A stretch of 64,000 bases of DNA. Source: Octopus bimaculoides (Eukaryota). Shown one piece after another: positions 37,893-50,985 of the stretch; the first letter of the stretch is position 1, and the number at the start of each line of letters is the position of its first letter. Made by a program: the position numbers and the translations under genes. The stretch is taken from contig NC_068990.1 in the NCBI RefSeq assembly GCF_001194135.2, positions 59,242,370 to 59,306,369 on the forward strand. The letters are read 5' to 3'. A model generated the notes under the pieces. The model searched no databases. It was given only the letters and a program-made list of their open reading frames with translations, and was not told the origin of the DNA.

Positions 37893-40147
37893 GAAATTAT
37901 TGTAAAATCATCAGTGGTTATTATAAGTCACTAAAAAAAAAAAAAGCTCCCCTTTGGTCATGAATGACCACGGGACTGCACCCAGAAAGTTCCCCTCTGA
38001 GGTACAAATCTAGGCAAGGTTGTTTATGGAAGACCAGCAGTCACCTATGCATACCAGTCTTTCCTCTCCATGCCACTGATGTTATCCAAGGGAAAGGCAA
38101 AGGTTGATACAGCTTGGCAGCAGTGATGTTGCAACTCATTTCTACAGCTGAGTGAACTGCAGCAACATGAAATAAAGTGTCTTGCTTAAGAACACAACAC
38201 ACAGCCCAATCCAGGAATCAAATCCACTACCTCATAATTATGAGACTGATATTCTAACCACTGAGCCATGCACCTTCACATTACTTTAGTAACTTTGGAT
38301 CTTTTTCCAACACTAAACACTGACCACTAGATGGAGGGAAAAAATAGAGGGCTGGGGCTTGATTTGTTGCTTGATAAAATGCCTAAAACTGTAATTAAAA
38401 CTTTTAATGAATGTAGATGTCTCATTCCTCTTTCTTCTGGTGGATATCAGTTACAAAATTTAGTTAATTTAATGAATGGTTCTGTCAGTGTATTATTTGA
38501 TCAACAGAAACTACATTCATGGTAGCAGTTGCATGTACATTTTATATATATATATACATGAAATTATTGTAAAATCATCAGTGGTTATTATAAGTCACTA
38601 AAAAAAAACTGTAAAGAAAACAGTTTCAGTAGGATTTATAATTAAAACTTACAAGCAGGATTCTTTGTTAATATCAAATAGCAAGATAACGAACTGGCAA
38701 AATTGTTACCACACAGGAAAATTGCTTAGCAATATTTCTTCCAACTTTACATTCCAAATTCAAATACTGCTGGTATAGACTTTACTTTTCATCCTTTTGG
38801 GGTTGATAAAATAAGTCCTGAAAATATCTAAGGGAAGACATCATTGAAGAATCATGGAAGGTATTATTGAGAAATCCTGAATAAGTCAAGCATCAAAATT
38901 AGACCCACCTTAGTCTAGTTCGAGACCTCACATTGCACTTTGACTCATTCATCCTGTGTTTGATAAACCTATTTGCTTTGTTGGTACTCTAAATGAATGG
39001 GAGTAAAACCACTTTTAGGACAGAATGTAAAGATGACAGAGCAGTTTTTACAGGAAACCTGTTCAACTTGCCTGTGACTGACGTCCAACAATGGTCAAAA
39101 TGAGGGACGCTCATGTACCGTGGTAAAGAAAATCTACAAGTCTAGTGTCTCACTAGGACTGAAATTTAATGAAATAGAGTTGTCTCCTCTCCATTGCACA
39201 AAAATTTATCCCAATTTTATATTTTCTTTTTAACTCTAGCATTTAGATTACTCTGTCAGATGAAGTACTTATTTATTCACATTGTTTTGAATTAATTAAT
39301 CATGGCTCATCTTGTAGCTGTGAGATTGTTTATTTTTAGAATGTCATTGAAGGGTAGGTGTGACAGGCTAAATCTGGGCAATTTGAACAAATAGAATGTT
39401 TGGGCCAGTTTAAATATATATTTATTTGCTATTCTGCTACTTGTTTTAGTTAATTGACTGCAACCATGCTGGAGAACTGGTTTTTAGTCACAGAATTCAA
39501 ATCCAGGACTTATTCACTGTAAGCCTATTACTTATTTTGTCGGTCCCTTTTGCCTAACCACTAAGTTACAGGGACATAAACACACCAACATTAGTTGTCA
39601 AGTGATGGTTGGGGGACAAACACAAATAAATATATATATATACGATGGGCTTCTTTCAGTTTCCACCTACCAAATCCACTCATGAAGCTTTGGTCAGCCC
39701 AAGGCTACAGTAGAAGACATTTGTCCAAAGTGCCAGGCAGTGGGACTGAACCTGGAACTGTGGTTGGGAAGCAAGCCTGCATATTTTAAAAACTGAAGTG
39801 TTGAAAATAAAATAAGTAAATGAATAATCAAGATTATTGCAGAAATATATTTTCGTGGTGGAATTTCTTTTCTATTAGTAATCTGTAATATCTACACATT
39901 GACAAAAATGAAATAACAGTAACGTGAAATAAATTTGATAAATATTTATTTAAAGAAAAAAAAATCTAATACAAATAATTTTGTTTATATTTTGTCAGAT
40001 TGTACTGACATTTATATCTGTACATTATTTTTATGTTGTGTTGCCAAGTCGTTGTGTTTTACAGGGAAGATATATATACATATATAAGCATCTGTTACAA
40101 ACTGACTGCCTCAAACTCTTTATAGTCGTTATTACCATTCTACATGT

Positions 40148-40184
<37 letters not shown>

Positions 40185-43100
40185 AAGGATAAACTATCAG
40201 CTGGCAAACAAAGCTTGGTTGGGGAAAAGAAATTAGAAATCAATTTTAAAAATAAATAAACCCCACNNNNNNNNNNCTTTCTACAATCAAGCTTCATTCT
40301 GTGAGCAAATGTCTTAGCCTATCATTTTAAAAGACACAAAAAAAAAAAAAAAAATTTAAGGATCTTTTTCTTTCATTCATTTATGGACATGATCTATATT
40401 TACAGTTTTAAGTCCTGATACATTTGCTCATATACGCTTCCTCTTGCGTCTATGTACACACTCACACGCACAACACAAAGTCGAACTACCAACAGCAAAA
40501 GATGGCTTCATATTAGATTTGGAATTATGAATGGAAACTACTTTAGAAAAGACATACACCCGATTATGGAAAATGTATCAAGAGCTTTCGCAATCTTGGA
40601 TGGCATAATGCAATTTTTTCTGCAGTTGGCTCATTGCAATTCTCATTACATACCAGGATGTTTGAAACTGGATGTATTTTGCAAGATTCCTTTAAAAATA
40701 TTCTTTAACAAAAAGGGAGAGAAAAAAACAAAACAAACACTAAAATATAAACAGGATATATGCTAAAATAAACACATTTAATCTTAACTAATTTGCTTAA
40801 TTACTAAGAGCTGGTAAATAAGTAATAAGAAATTAGCATTTATACGAAACGGGAATTCTACTGCCCATGAAAACAAAGTAATATTTATGAGTTTCCAAGA
40901 TATACCAATTAAAAATTTCAGTAGAGAAAGCTTTATTGTTCGTCTAACAAGTTAGAGATAAAGAAACAACAAACTGCCCATTTCTATTAGCTGTTATAGA
41001 GAGAAGTAAACTTAGGCAGGTTGAGAAATGGAACAGATGAAATCAATTCCTTGACATCAAGTTATAGAATAGCAGTGTGCAGAAAATCTGCTGAACATCA
41101 GAAATATGAAATTGTGAATAATTTCATCTCCCAACAGAATGCAATAGAACTTTACAAAAAAATTTACACCTGAGAACCTGATTATGACAAGCAAACGAAA
41201 TGCAAGTTACACTGAAAATCTCCATAGAATATATCTTACATTTTGGTTGTAATGGATTGTTTTCTGTTTATGCCAAAAACATATAACATTTTCTCTGAGG
41301 CACTGTATACTATTTATAGTGTATGTGTGTGAGTATGAATGTATATATATAAGTGTGTGTATAGACACAACACACATACATGCTATTTCACATCTAGATT
41401 TAGAACAAGTTTTTTTTTTTTACAGTGGAACTTTAGAGAAAAAAAAAAAAACACTATCAATCAATCGCTTGTTCTGAGAATTTATTTAAAAATTCACATA
41501 AAATATTAAAATAGTATTTTGCTATGTTATTGATTTCATTGAAATCAATATGCCAAAACTGTTTCATAAAGAAACTGAGGAATTTTCAGTTTTCTGAGCA
41601 AATGAAGATTTAACAACTGATGTATAAAGTGTTCAACAAGAAGGGGATTTGAAGGATAATCCCTTTACCAGGCTTAAATAAACATTAATATTTTTGTTTA
41701 TTTTTCTGTATTTTCATAAATGCATTCACTAGATTAAGGAATGGTGGATCAGGGGAATCCTTTAAAGTAGAAAACAGAAAACTGCAGAAACACCAGTCAT
41801 ATTGCTATAGATTCAATTAAAAAAATAAAGCTTTTAACCCACGAACCAGTCCCTCTCCCCTTTGTTGTAGGGGGTTAACTGAGATCTCTCTAGATTAGAC
41901 TGTCCAGAAAGTTTGAGGATTCCCTATTTTGTAAATATACCCTCTTTGTAACAATATCACTGACAGCGTTATACATGTAGGCCAATACAGACACCTTCCA
42001 TCCCACCATCATCAACAACTACATTATTATTATTTTTTTTTTTTCCTCCATTCTTTAGCATCAATTTGATATTTCTGCAAATGTGAACATGTATGGGTTT
42101 TCTGGATTTTGTGTTTCTTCAAACTGAATGCTTTTCCTAACACTAAACCACTCAACAATGTCTTCACAGAGAAGAATTAAATTCCTTTTTAAACAATAAA
42201 TACTGGGGAATTTGTCATTATTATTATTATTGAGTTTCTTCTGTCAGACAATCAGAAATAAACAAAGAAGATAAAAATGGTAAAAGTAATTTAAAATAAC
42301 ATTCATTTGAAGATAAAATGCTGGAATAACTAAGAGTCAACTGTAACTTATTTTTGATGGTTAGGAAGGTAATAAGGCTAGTAAACAGACTCCTCTACTG
42401 GAAAGGCTGTAACCATAACAATTAAAAAAAAACATTCAGGCCTTGATGATGGTGATGATGATCATGATGATGATACTAAAAGGAAGAAAGTGTGAGAGCA
42501 TTGTTGATTATATTTCAGCACTGATTGTATGCCTCCCTTCCGAAAATGAAAACTTAGATTAGCAAGACTTTTGAACAATCTCAAACTTGATTTAACCATC
42601 ATCAAATATAGTTTATCAACTGACCAGCTGACAGGTATAAAAAAATAGATTTAACTTAGAGAAGGTAGGGAAAGAAAAGCCAACAACGATACTAGAAATG
42701 AAAACAGCCATATTAGTTTAAACTGCTTTAGTAAAGGACAGAAGTCAATTTGGTGAACCAAAATAGCCTGATGGTTGGTTCCAATTGATGCTATCACAGT
42801 CAAAAGTTATCTTTACAGTGCACAGCCAAATTAATCAGCTCATTTCAAATCTGATAAAAAAAAAAAAAGCGAAATAAAATCCAACAACTATGTTTCATTA
42901 ATTCATGTATGGTTTGCATTCATTGAATCTAGATCAGCAGTGGATAATCCTCATACCACAAGACATCTGGGATGACATGGATAAGGAAGGTAACCCTGCT
43001 CGTTTTGCTTCCTTACTCTTAACTGTTACTACAAGAATAAAGTGGAAATTTCTAGAAGCCCTTTCCACTTCTTTCTTCACCAGCACACGCTTATTTACAC

Positions 43101-43930
43101 ACGCACTTACACATTTTTATGCAGGATGACCACCCAGAAATGATGTATAGATGCAATACAGTGAGAGTAAGGATATCAGTCTATTTAGTCTTATCCATGA
43201 GAATAATATTGCATCCATTATGAAAGGAACAGAAAAAAAAAAAAAAAAAAGAATCTAACAAAAAATTATATGATGCCAGGAGTTATGCTGCTTTTCAGGC
43301 ACTAATAGTGTTAGGAGTTATGTGAAGCAACAAGAGGAGAGTTGCAACTACACATCAGGAATTGGTCAGTGGCAAGACACCTTTCATTGCAAACAGCTTA
43401 TAAAATTGACCAAACATCAGTGCCAAAGAAACATCTCTTTGCACTTGGACAAATTCGAGATGTATAAACTAAACGAGATACCAATGGAGACTGAGGTTAG
43501 ACAGAATAATAATTAACAGTGTAAAAGCATCAGTAAGATAAGAATGGCCTAGGGAACAGTTTACATTCAGATATGAGGATATGCACACATTACAAGCTTG
43601 GTCACGACAGAGTTTGAGCTGCTGTGCAGATTGATTTGAGAAAGTCCTGCAATATAGTTTACACGCTGGCAGTTTGTTGTTTCTGATTGTCCAGCTACCC
43701 ACAAGTAGCTACTGTAGTTTCTTCTTCAATTATTTTAGTCAATACCACACCCCTTCGGCACTGAGGTCGACACTTGTTCCAGGCATCGAATGATGTCCGA
43801 AATAATGTCATCTGGCGAGCAGTATTTTATAGCAAGAGTAAACAAAACAACAGTTGCAAACATCTTGCTATGTGTAGGTGCAGCCTGAGAAGATAAGTTG
43901 GAGCACCAAGCTCAATGCTGCTTCAAAACA

Positions 43931-44023
43931 TCATTTTATACGCCGATACTGTAATATGAGGTCTCCACCTTGCTTCCAAATAAAATGCTTCACTGTCCGC
44001 AAATCCATGTTGGGATCAAGAAT
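43931..44023 (-). CDS. WDR48: WDR48 terminal coding exon: [30 protein letters not shown]-stop
   Basis: Matches human [27 protein letters not shown]; cttttgcag acceptor, phase 0, TGA at 43933-43931. Confidence 0.97.
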   Translation of the reverse strand: MLDPNMDLRTVKHFIWKQGGDLILQYRRIK

Positions 44024-44183
44024 CTGCAAAAGAAGTTTCAAACATTTTCAGATGTTTTTTTTTTTTTCCCCCCCACCTGTTAAGAAACTTGTATCTCTTA
44101 ATGCAAAACATAACAAACACTTGTTTATTGCAATATTAAACAAAATACTGAAACACAATTAGTTGAACTGTAATTTCTCTTAC

Positions 44184-44410
44184 CTGATCATTACAAAGGA
44201 TTTCCACTTTCTCCTCTGCGATAGAAGTTACATCTTCGGAGTCTTTCTCTCCATCACTTTTCTCATGATTGCTGTTTGCTGTTTGAGAACCTGCATCTGA
44301 GCCCTNNNNNNNNNNNNNNNNNNNNNNNNGAGCCCTGACCAAGAACCTTTTCATACACGTGTTCAATGACTTTCCGAACCTGAATCACATCACTGGCAGA
44401 CAACCGGTCT
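44184..44410 (-). CDS. WDR48: WDR48 exon (spans a false N-gap): [32 protein letters not shown]...[13 protein letters not shown]
   Basis: Matches human [21 protein letters not shown] and AEEKIELLCQDQ. The frame is continuous only if the 24 Ns and a duplicated gagccct are removed (196 nt, phase 2 to 0). Confidence 0.95.
44306..44329. other. Assembly gap (24 N). Other gaps: 11396-11405, 14363-14372, 34277-34820, 37585-37860, 40267-40276, 54595-54740
   Basis: N runs in the sequence. Confidence 0.99.
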
Positions 44411-46170
44411 CTATAATGTACAAAAGAACCACTCATTTATTAGAGAAGATGATAACAATGATGATGATGATGATGATGGATACAGTAACACAATTATTTC
44501 TCTCTTCTCCAAATAACTGAAATCATAAGGTTCAGTAAAAATAGGCGCAGGCATGGCTATGTGGTAAGAAGCTTGCTTCCCAACCACATGGTTCTGGGTT
44601 CAGTCCCACTGTGTAACACCTTGGGCAAGTGTCTTCTACTATAACCTTGTACCGACCAAAGCCTTGTGAGTGGATCTGGCTGAGGGAAACTGAAAGAAGC
44701 CCAACAGGTGTTGATGTGTTTACATACCCGTAATTTAGTGATTCAGCAAAAGAGACTGATAGAATAAGTACTAGGCTTAAAAACAATAAGCCCTGGGGTT
44801 GAATTGTTCAACTAAAATCCTTCAAGGCAGTGTTCCAGCATGGCCACAGTCAAATGGCTAAAACAAGTAAAAGAGTAAAAGAATATATTCTATGGCTTAT
44901 AACTAACTCTGAGCCATTCATTTGTGTTCAGCTTGATGCAGTTGTTTGACCCAAGGTCAGCCATGATTGAGCAGCTGTATACTAAAAAATGTTCCTGCCA
45001 TGATCATTTGGGGGTTTTTTCAGATGCAATGTATCCAGAGCTACATTAAGCAATGTATTTTCTATTTTATTACTTTTATACAAAGTAGTGAATGTTTTAA
45101 TTGAGCAGCTGCTTTTCGTGTTGTCAGCATAATAAGTGCTTTTGATTAGTCTATGTCAGCCCTATTGTTTTTAGTACATGCCAATCATGAAAACCAACAT
45201 CATTTTAAGATGGCATGACTGTAAATTGGAACAGCAGAACACAAGAAATTTAATGGAGAAAACTCACATTTGAATGTAACATAATTTAAATTCAAACATA
45301 ATGCAGGAGACATAGAGCTGAGGTGTAACTAATAATAACTGAAGTATCTGGAATCTCTGAAGTAAGAACAGAACAGAGATACTAAGTTAATTACAAACTG
45401 TAAACAATATTAGAGACCTTGCCAGTGCTGGTGCCACATAAACAGCACCAGGTCCACTCTGTAAAGAGGTTGGCATTAGGAAGGTCATCCAGTTGTAAAA
45501 ACCATGCAAAAACAGAGACTGGATGTTGGTGCAGTCCCTTGGCTTGTCAGCTCCTGTCAAACAGTCCAACCAATACCACCATGGAAAACAGATGTTAAAT
45601 TATGATGATGAAAAGACACTACAAAAAGCTAGATAAACACAGGCAAGTCTGTGTGGTTCAGAAGTTTGTTTCACAACTGTGTAGTTTCAGGTTCAGTCCC
45701 AAAGTGTCTTCATCTTAACTCTGGGCCTTGCAAGTGAATTTGGTAGATGAAAATTCAAAGAAACTTATTGTGTGTGTGTGTTCATGTCTTTTTGCCTTGA
45801 AGTTGCACATGTTAATTGTAAAGAACGCACCGTCATAGATGTGGTGATGTCCATTCACCATCTTTCATGTAAACATGTGATGAATTTAACACTATATATT
45901 TCAAGCAATCTGATCAATGACAAACTCAAGGTGCCAGAAAAATAAATAAATAAATGTATATATGTCTGTCTTCATGCATGCATGCATCTATGTATGTAGG
46001 AACAGAGCAAAGGTAGATAGCCAAAGGTTGGGCCAACTGAAAATATAAAACCCAGAGATGTAAATGATGATTTTAATAACCTCCAGAAATTAAAATCATA
46101 ATTAGAATGTTAAGCTTCCCAGATGGCATAAGAAAAAAAATAAAGATATATCAATGAAAAAGTTGCTTAC

Positions 46171-46247
46171 TTTTTAGGTAATTTTATTCCCATACTTGCA
46201 TGTGGTTGGAGAAAAAATGGAATTTTATTGAATTTGGGAGATGCTCT
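46171..46247 (-). CDS. WDR48: WDR48 exon: RASPKFNKIPFFLQPHASMGIKLPK(K)
   Basis: Matches human PKFNKIPFYLQPH; 77 nt, phase 0 to 2, gtaagc donor. Confidence 0.96.
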
Positions 46248-47234
46248 CTGTAAATGAGAATCAGAAATGTAACACATCACAAAAAGTAAAGGAAAGAAAT
46301 AATACCATTCTCTTTCAGTCATTACCAAACATCTATGACCATATGTGAGCAGAGGCATAAACATCAAATTAATCTTTTAGCATTTAAACCGGCCATATCC
46401 AGCCTAAATATTCTGTTTTATGTTTAAACTGGCCAGATCCAGCCTCTTACACCTACCCTATAATATCTTCTAAAAAAAAAACTATTACAACTGGACATCC
46501 TCTTCACAAAGAACTTAAACCACAAATACCCACCCACTGAAACCTTCTCAAGTCATACAAACTCACAGGGGCTGATTTCCTGATTTTCATGGCATGTATA
46601 TTCCCCACTTGGACAGGACACCGGTCTGTCGCAAGATTACTCATTTTCGCCAGCTGAGTGGACTGGAGCAACAGGAAATGAAGTGTTTTGCTCAAGAATA
46701 CAATGTGTCACCTGGTCCAGGAACCAAAACCACAATCTTATGATCATGAATCCAACACTCTAACCACTAAGCCACATGCCTTCACTGATACACATAGACA
46801 TGATTGGTATAAAGAGCATGGTTAGAATGCTTTTTTGCCATGTAAAGCATGAAACTATATATATATATGTATATCACTTGACCAACCAGACTATCAGATG
46901 TTGTTATACCTTGCTGGTCACAATGCATTTACTTGCATGTTTTAGCATTTCAATGATGTCAATTGAAACCACCTTCAGCTAACAGTCATGTAGTAAATCT
47001 ATCACTGATAAATAATTGATGACATGAAGACACAGACATTAGGTAGACATAAGTTTCTCTTTTCTAATGTCCTATATCTCTTTTTCAACTACTTTTTCCC
47101 ACCCCTATATAATGTGGGGTAGCCACATTATATAGGAATGGGAAGACACCTGTGGGTATTCCTCTACCATACTTTAACCTTTTAATATCTGACAAAAAGC
47201 CACCTCTCTGTTTTAAACACTCCTCCCCACCACT

Positions 47235-47575
47235 GGGGAGGCACATGGCTCAGTGGTTAGAGCATTGGGCCCACAGTCATGAGGTAGTGAGATTGATGCC
47301 TGGACTGGGCCATGTGTTGTGTTCTTGAGCAAGGCACTTTATTTTATGTTGTTTCAGTTCACTCAGCTGTAGAAATGAGTTGCAATGTCACTGGTGCCAA
47401 GTTGTATCAGCCTTTGCCTTTCTCTTGAGTAACATTGGTAGCATGGAGAGAGGAGGCTGGTATGTATGGGCAACTGCTGGTCTTCCATAAACAACCTTGC
47501 CGAGATTTGTGCCTTGGAGGGTAACATTCTAGGTGCAATCCCAAAGCATTCATGACTGAATGGGGTCTTTACCTC
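47235..47575 (+). mobile_element. Third tRNA-derived SINE family with CORE-like central block. Others ~10518-10778, 37940-38280 (-), 46560-46790 (-)
   Basis: A box ggctcagtggttagag, then ttcttgagcaaggcacttta...ctcagctgtagaaatgag. Confidence 0.7.
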
Positions 47576-48025
47576 CTTTACTCCACCACTAATTTGTGGG
47601 AGCTTTTTTCCTTTTCCCCTGTTCTTTTTCTGCCTTGCAAGTTACTTGGCAACCTCTCTAGTGCTGGTGGTGTGGGAAAAAGCACCCAGTACACACTGTT
47701 ATGTGGTGGTTGACATTAAGAGGGGGCTGTCAAACTGTTTAACCCATGCCAGCATAGAAAATGGAAATTAAATGATGATGATGATCAAGTGAAGATGACC
47801 AATTGAATAAAGTGGAAGACAACCAAACAATAACAATTGGTGGTTCATAACATCAAATTTATGAATATTTCATTAAGATCTGGTAAAGAGCTCAATTCCC
47901 ATGGTTATATACTAAACTGATATTTTGTCTCACTGATATCACTTCTCTGCAAAGTGCACCCTGGTTTTTGGCATGATCTCCAATCCTGAGACATGAAATG
48001 GAAGAAGTCTGGTTTTAATACTTAC

Positions 48026-48140
48026 ATTTACTGCCACGTCAACTACCCATGGTGGGATAGTTTCGTTTAGTAATAGCTGCTCTGTTTCTCCGCTAGCATC
48101 ACGGCAAAGTAAACGAAACATGGTCCTTCCCCCTGCCTCA
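48026..48140 (-). CDS. WDR48: WDR48 exon: [38 protein letters not shown]
   Basis: Matches human [32 protein letters not shown]; 115 nt, phase 2 to 0, gtaag donor. Confidence 0.97.
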
Positions 48141-49204
48141 CTACATTAAAACAACAAGGTGTAGAAAATAAATATTAACACAATAATAATTCATCACTGA
48201 TAAAGGTAATTCTTAAAATTCTTCTGCATCAAGCAGACTGGCGTTTCCCCACTATCTGCAATAGCGTCATCCCTTCTTAACTCTGATCACTAATCTGACC
48301 CTCTTCCTCTAAACCTTAATATAGCCTCATTGCCAAGATCTTCAAGAGGGGCCAAATAAAATGTGGTGTGGTACTGCATGTAAAGGAGTTGTTTGATCCT
48401 AGTTTCATGTAAAAAACACTGGTGCTGGTAGCGTTGGTGCCACATGAAACGCACTGGTGCTGGTGCCATGTAAAAAGCACTCAGTACACTGTAAAGTGAC
48501 TGGCATTAGAAAGGGCACACAGCTACAGAAATCAAGCCAAAACAAATAACCTGGTAAGGCTCCTGGCTTTTCCAGCTTCTTTCAAACAGTTCAACCCATG
48601 CCAGCATGGAAAATGAACATATGATGATGATGATCTAATGCTGCTAGTCTCTTTAGCCTTGTTGTGGTAGTCTCCAGTTGGAATCAACCAGTGCACAGTT
48701 TATAATTGGAAGAGAAGGATAGAAGAATCATTTCTATTACACTACCTCCAATAGTGATTACTTAATGAATATCAAAAACCCAATCAATTGATTCTACTTA
48801 CATTCATTATTGCACCAATTCACTTTTCAGCAATAAAATCAATAGCTTTTATTTCCTGTATTATTTACGAAGAGAAAAGAATTCTCATCACAGTCCATTC
48901 CCTTCCCACACTTTACAAGCATTATGCCTTTCTGATTATGTAATTATTCTCCCTCTCTAGTCATTCCCTGCTTCTATTCACAAACAATGAAAATAATCGA
49001 TACACAGATAAAGGACTAATTGATACAGTAATGTGAACTGACAAGTAACCATATATCTGGATTCCATTTTACTTTGTTTCTCTATATAAAAGTTTAAACA
49101 AAACAAAAAAAACAAACAAAAAAAAAACGAATGTGTTACATGTAAACAAGTGCATTATCAGACAAAAATATATTACAAACAGAATGCAGTATAAAAAATA
49201 CTAC

Positions 49205-49292
49205 CTAAATATAACTGGAGTATGTCCTGGTACACTAAAATATGGACCAGTTCCCCGACGCTCCACACATTCACTGCCATTCATGTCCATTT
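49205..49292 (-). CDS. WDR48: WDR48 exon: (E)MDMNGSECVERRGTGPYFSVPGHTPVIF(S)
   Basis: Matches human GNGYFQVPPHTPVIF; cttctttccag acceptor, gtagta donor; 88 nt, phase 1 to 2. Absent from the ORF track. Confidence 0.93.
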
Positions 49293-49655
49293 CTGGAAAG
49301 AAGAAAGAAAATGTTATCTATTAACAGTACACAAAAATGAAATATCAATAATCAGTTTCATACCAATCATCATCATCATCACTGTTTTCATGTCCAGTTT
49401 TCCATGCTTGCATGAGTCAGATGGAATTTATTGAAGCAGATTTTTGATGGCTGCATGCCCTTCCTGTCACCAACCCTCATTTGTCACCAAGCGAGGTAAT
49501 ATATGTTCCCAGGGCCAGACATGTTCCCACAGAATAATGAAAATAAATGACACAGCTAGTATGACAGTGACACTTGTTTACAACTATCCTGTCAAGTGAT
49601 GTCAAGACAAGGAGACACAAACATACCCATGCTCATATATATATATATATATATA

Positions 49656-50932
49656 TTGGGTTGCCAAGAAAGTAATTTCGGTTTTTTAGTATGAAATAAA
49701 AGTCATTCTTTTATGTACAAAGAATGGCCGTTAATAAATTATACATTTTCTATTTTGTTCGATGACCTTTTGCCATTTTCCTGGCAACTTCATGATTCCG
49801 CACTCATAGAACTTCTGGTCCTTATTCAGCCAAAAACTAAAGCAAGTGCAATTTCAGGTCATCATCATTATTGAAAGTTTTACCATACAAAGTATTTTGC
49901 AAACTTCAAAATAAATGGTAATCTGATGGTGCAAGGTCAGGGCTATATGGTAGATGTGACAACACTTCCCAACCAAGCTCCAATAATTTTTCACGAGTTA
50001 GCAAAGACGTGTGTGGTCTAGCGTGGTCATGATGGAATACGATTCCTTTACAATTTACCAATTCTGGCTGTTTTTCTTTGATTTCTTCCACCAGTCTTAT
50101 TAGTTGTTGACAGTAAACATCTGAATTGATCATTTGGTTCCTTGGAAGCAACTCAAAATACACACCACCTTTGTAATCCCACCAAATTGACAGCATGACC
50201 TTTTTTTGATGCAATCCAGCTTTCAATGTGGTTTGTACTGGTTCATTATGCTTGGATCATGATCATTTTCGATTGATGCTATTGTAGACAATCCATTTTT
50301 CATGACCAGTGATGATTCGTTTAAAAAGAAAGATCAATTTCATTGCATTTGAGATGCATACTGCAAATATTGATTCACTGTGTTAAGTGAATCTCTTTCA
50401 ATTTATGTGGAACCCAAATAGCAAGCTTCTTAACGAGCCCAAGACAGTTTAAGTGATTTTCAATTGTTGTGTGTGATATATTTAACCTCTCTGCAATCTC
50501 TCACACAGTTATATGACAATCAGATTCAATTATGGTTTTGATTTGGTCATCATCAACTTCAGTTGGTCATCTTTGAGTGGAAAATCTCCAGAAAGGAATT
50601 TTTAAAACCATTTCTGATGTATGTTCTTTTAAGCAATCAACACCATAAACTTCACATATCTCTTTGTGAGCCTCAGCAGCTTTCTTGCTGCCTTTACAGA
50701 AATAAAAAAGCAAAATATGGTGAAAATGTTCATTTTTTGCACTCCATGTTAAAATTGACACTGAACTAACAGCTGTAAACAAAATTACGTGCAATTTGCT
50801 TCTAAAGTAAGCTAAAAGTAATAACTATCAAATGTCAAAACGAAAAAAATCATAGCACTGACAAAAGTCATTCAAAAAAATTGTAACTCTATCTATTTGT
50901 GAAAAGCAAAATTACTTTCTTGCCAACCTGAG
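49656..50932 (-). mobile_element. Near full-length degenerate mariner (DD34D, mellifera-subfamily-like)
   Basis: Inverted ends ttgggttgccaagaaagtaattt / aaattactttcttgccaacc; WWDYKG...HDHARPH...YSPDLAPSDYHLF with D-34-D spacing; multiple stops. Confidence 0.92.
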
Positions 50933-50939
50933 ATCATAG

Positions 50940-50985
<46 letters not shown>

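Noticed and set aside
40452-40766. 104-aa + strand ORF between the two genes
   Set aside because: No recognisable motif or splice context, with a low-complexity end; more likely the antisense of WDR48 3' flank.
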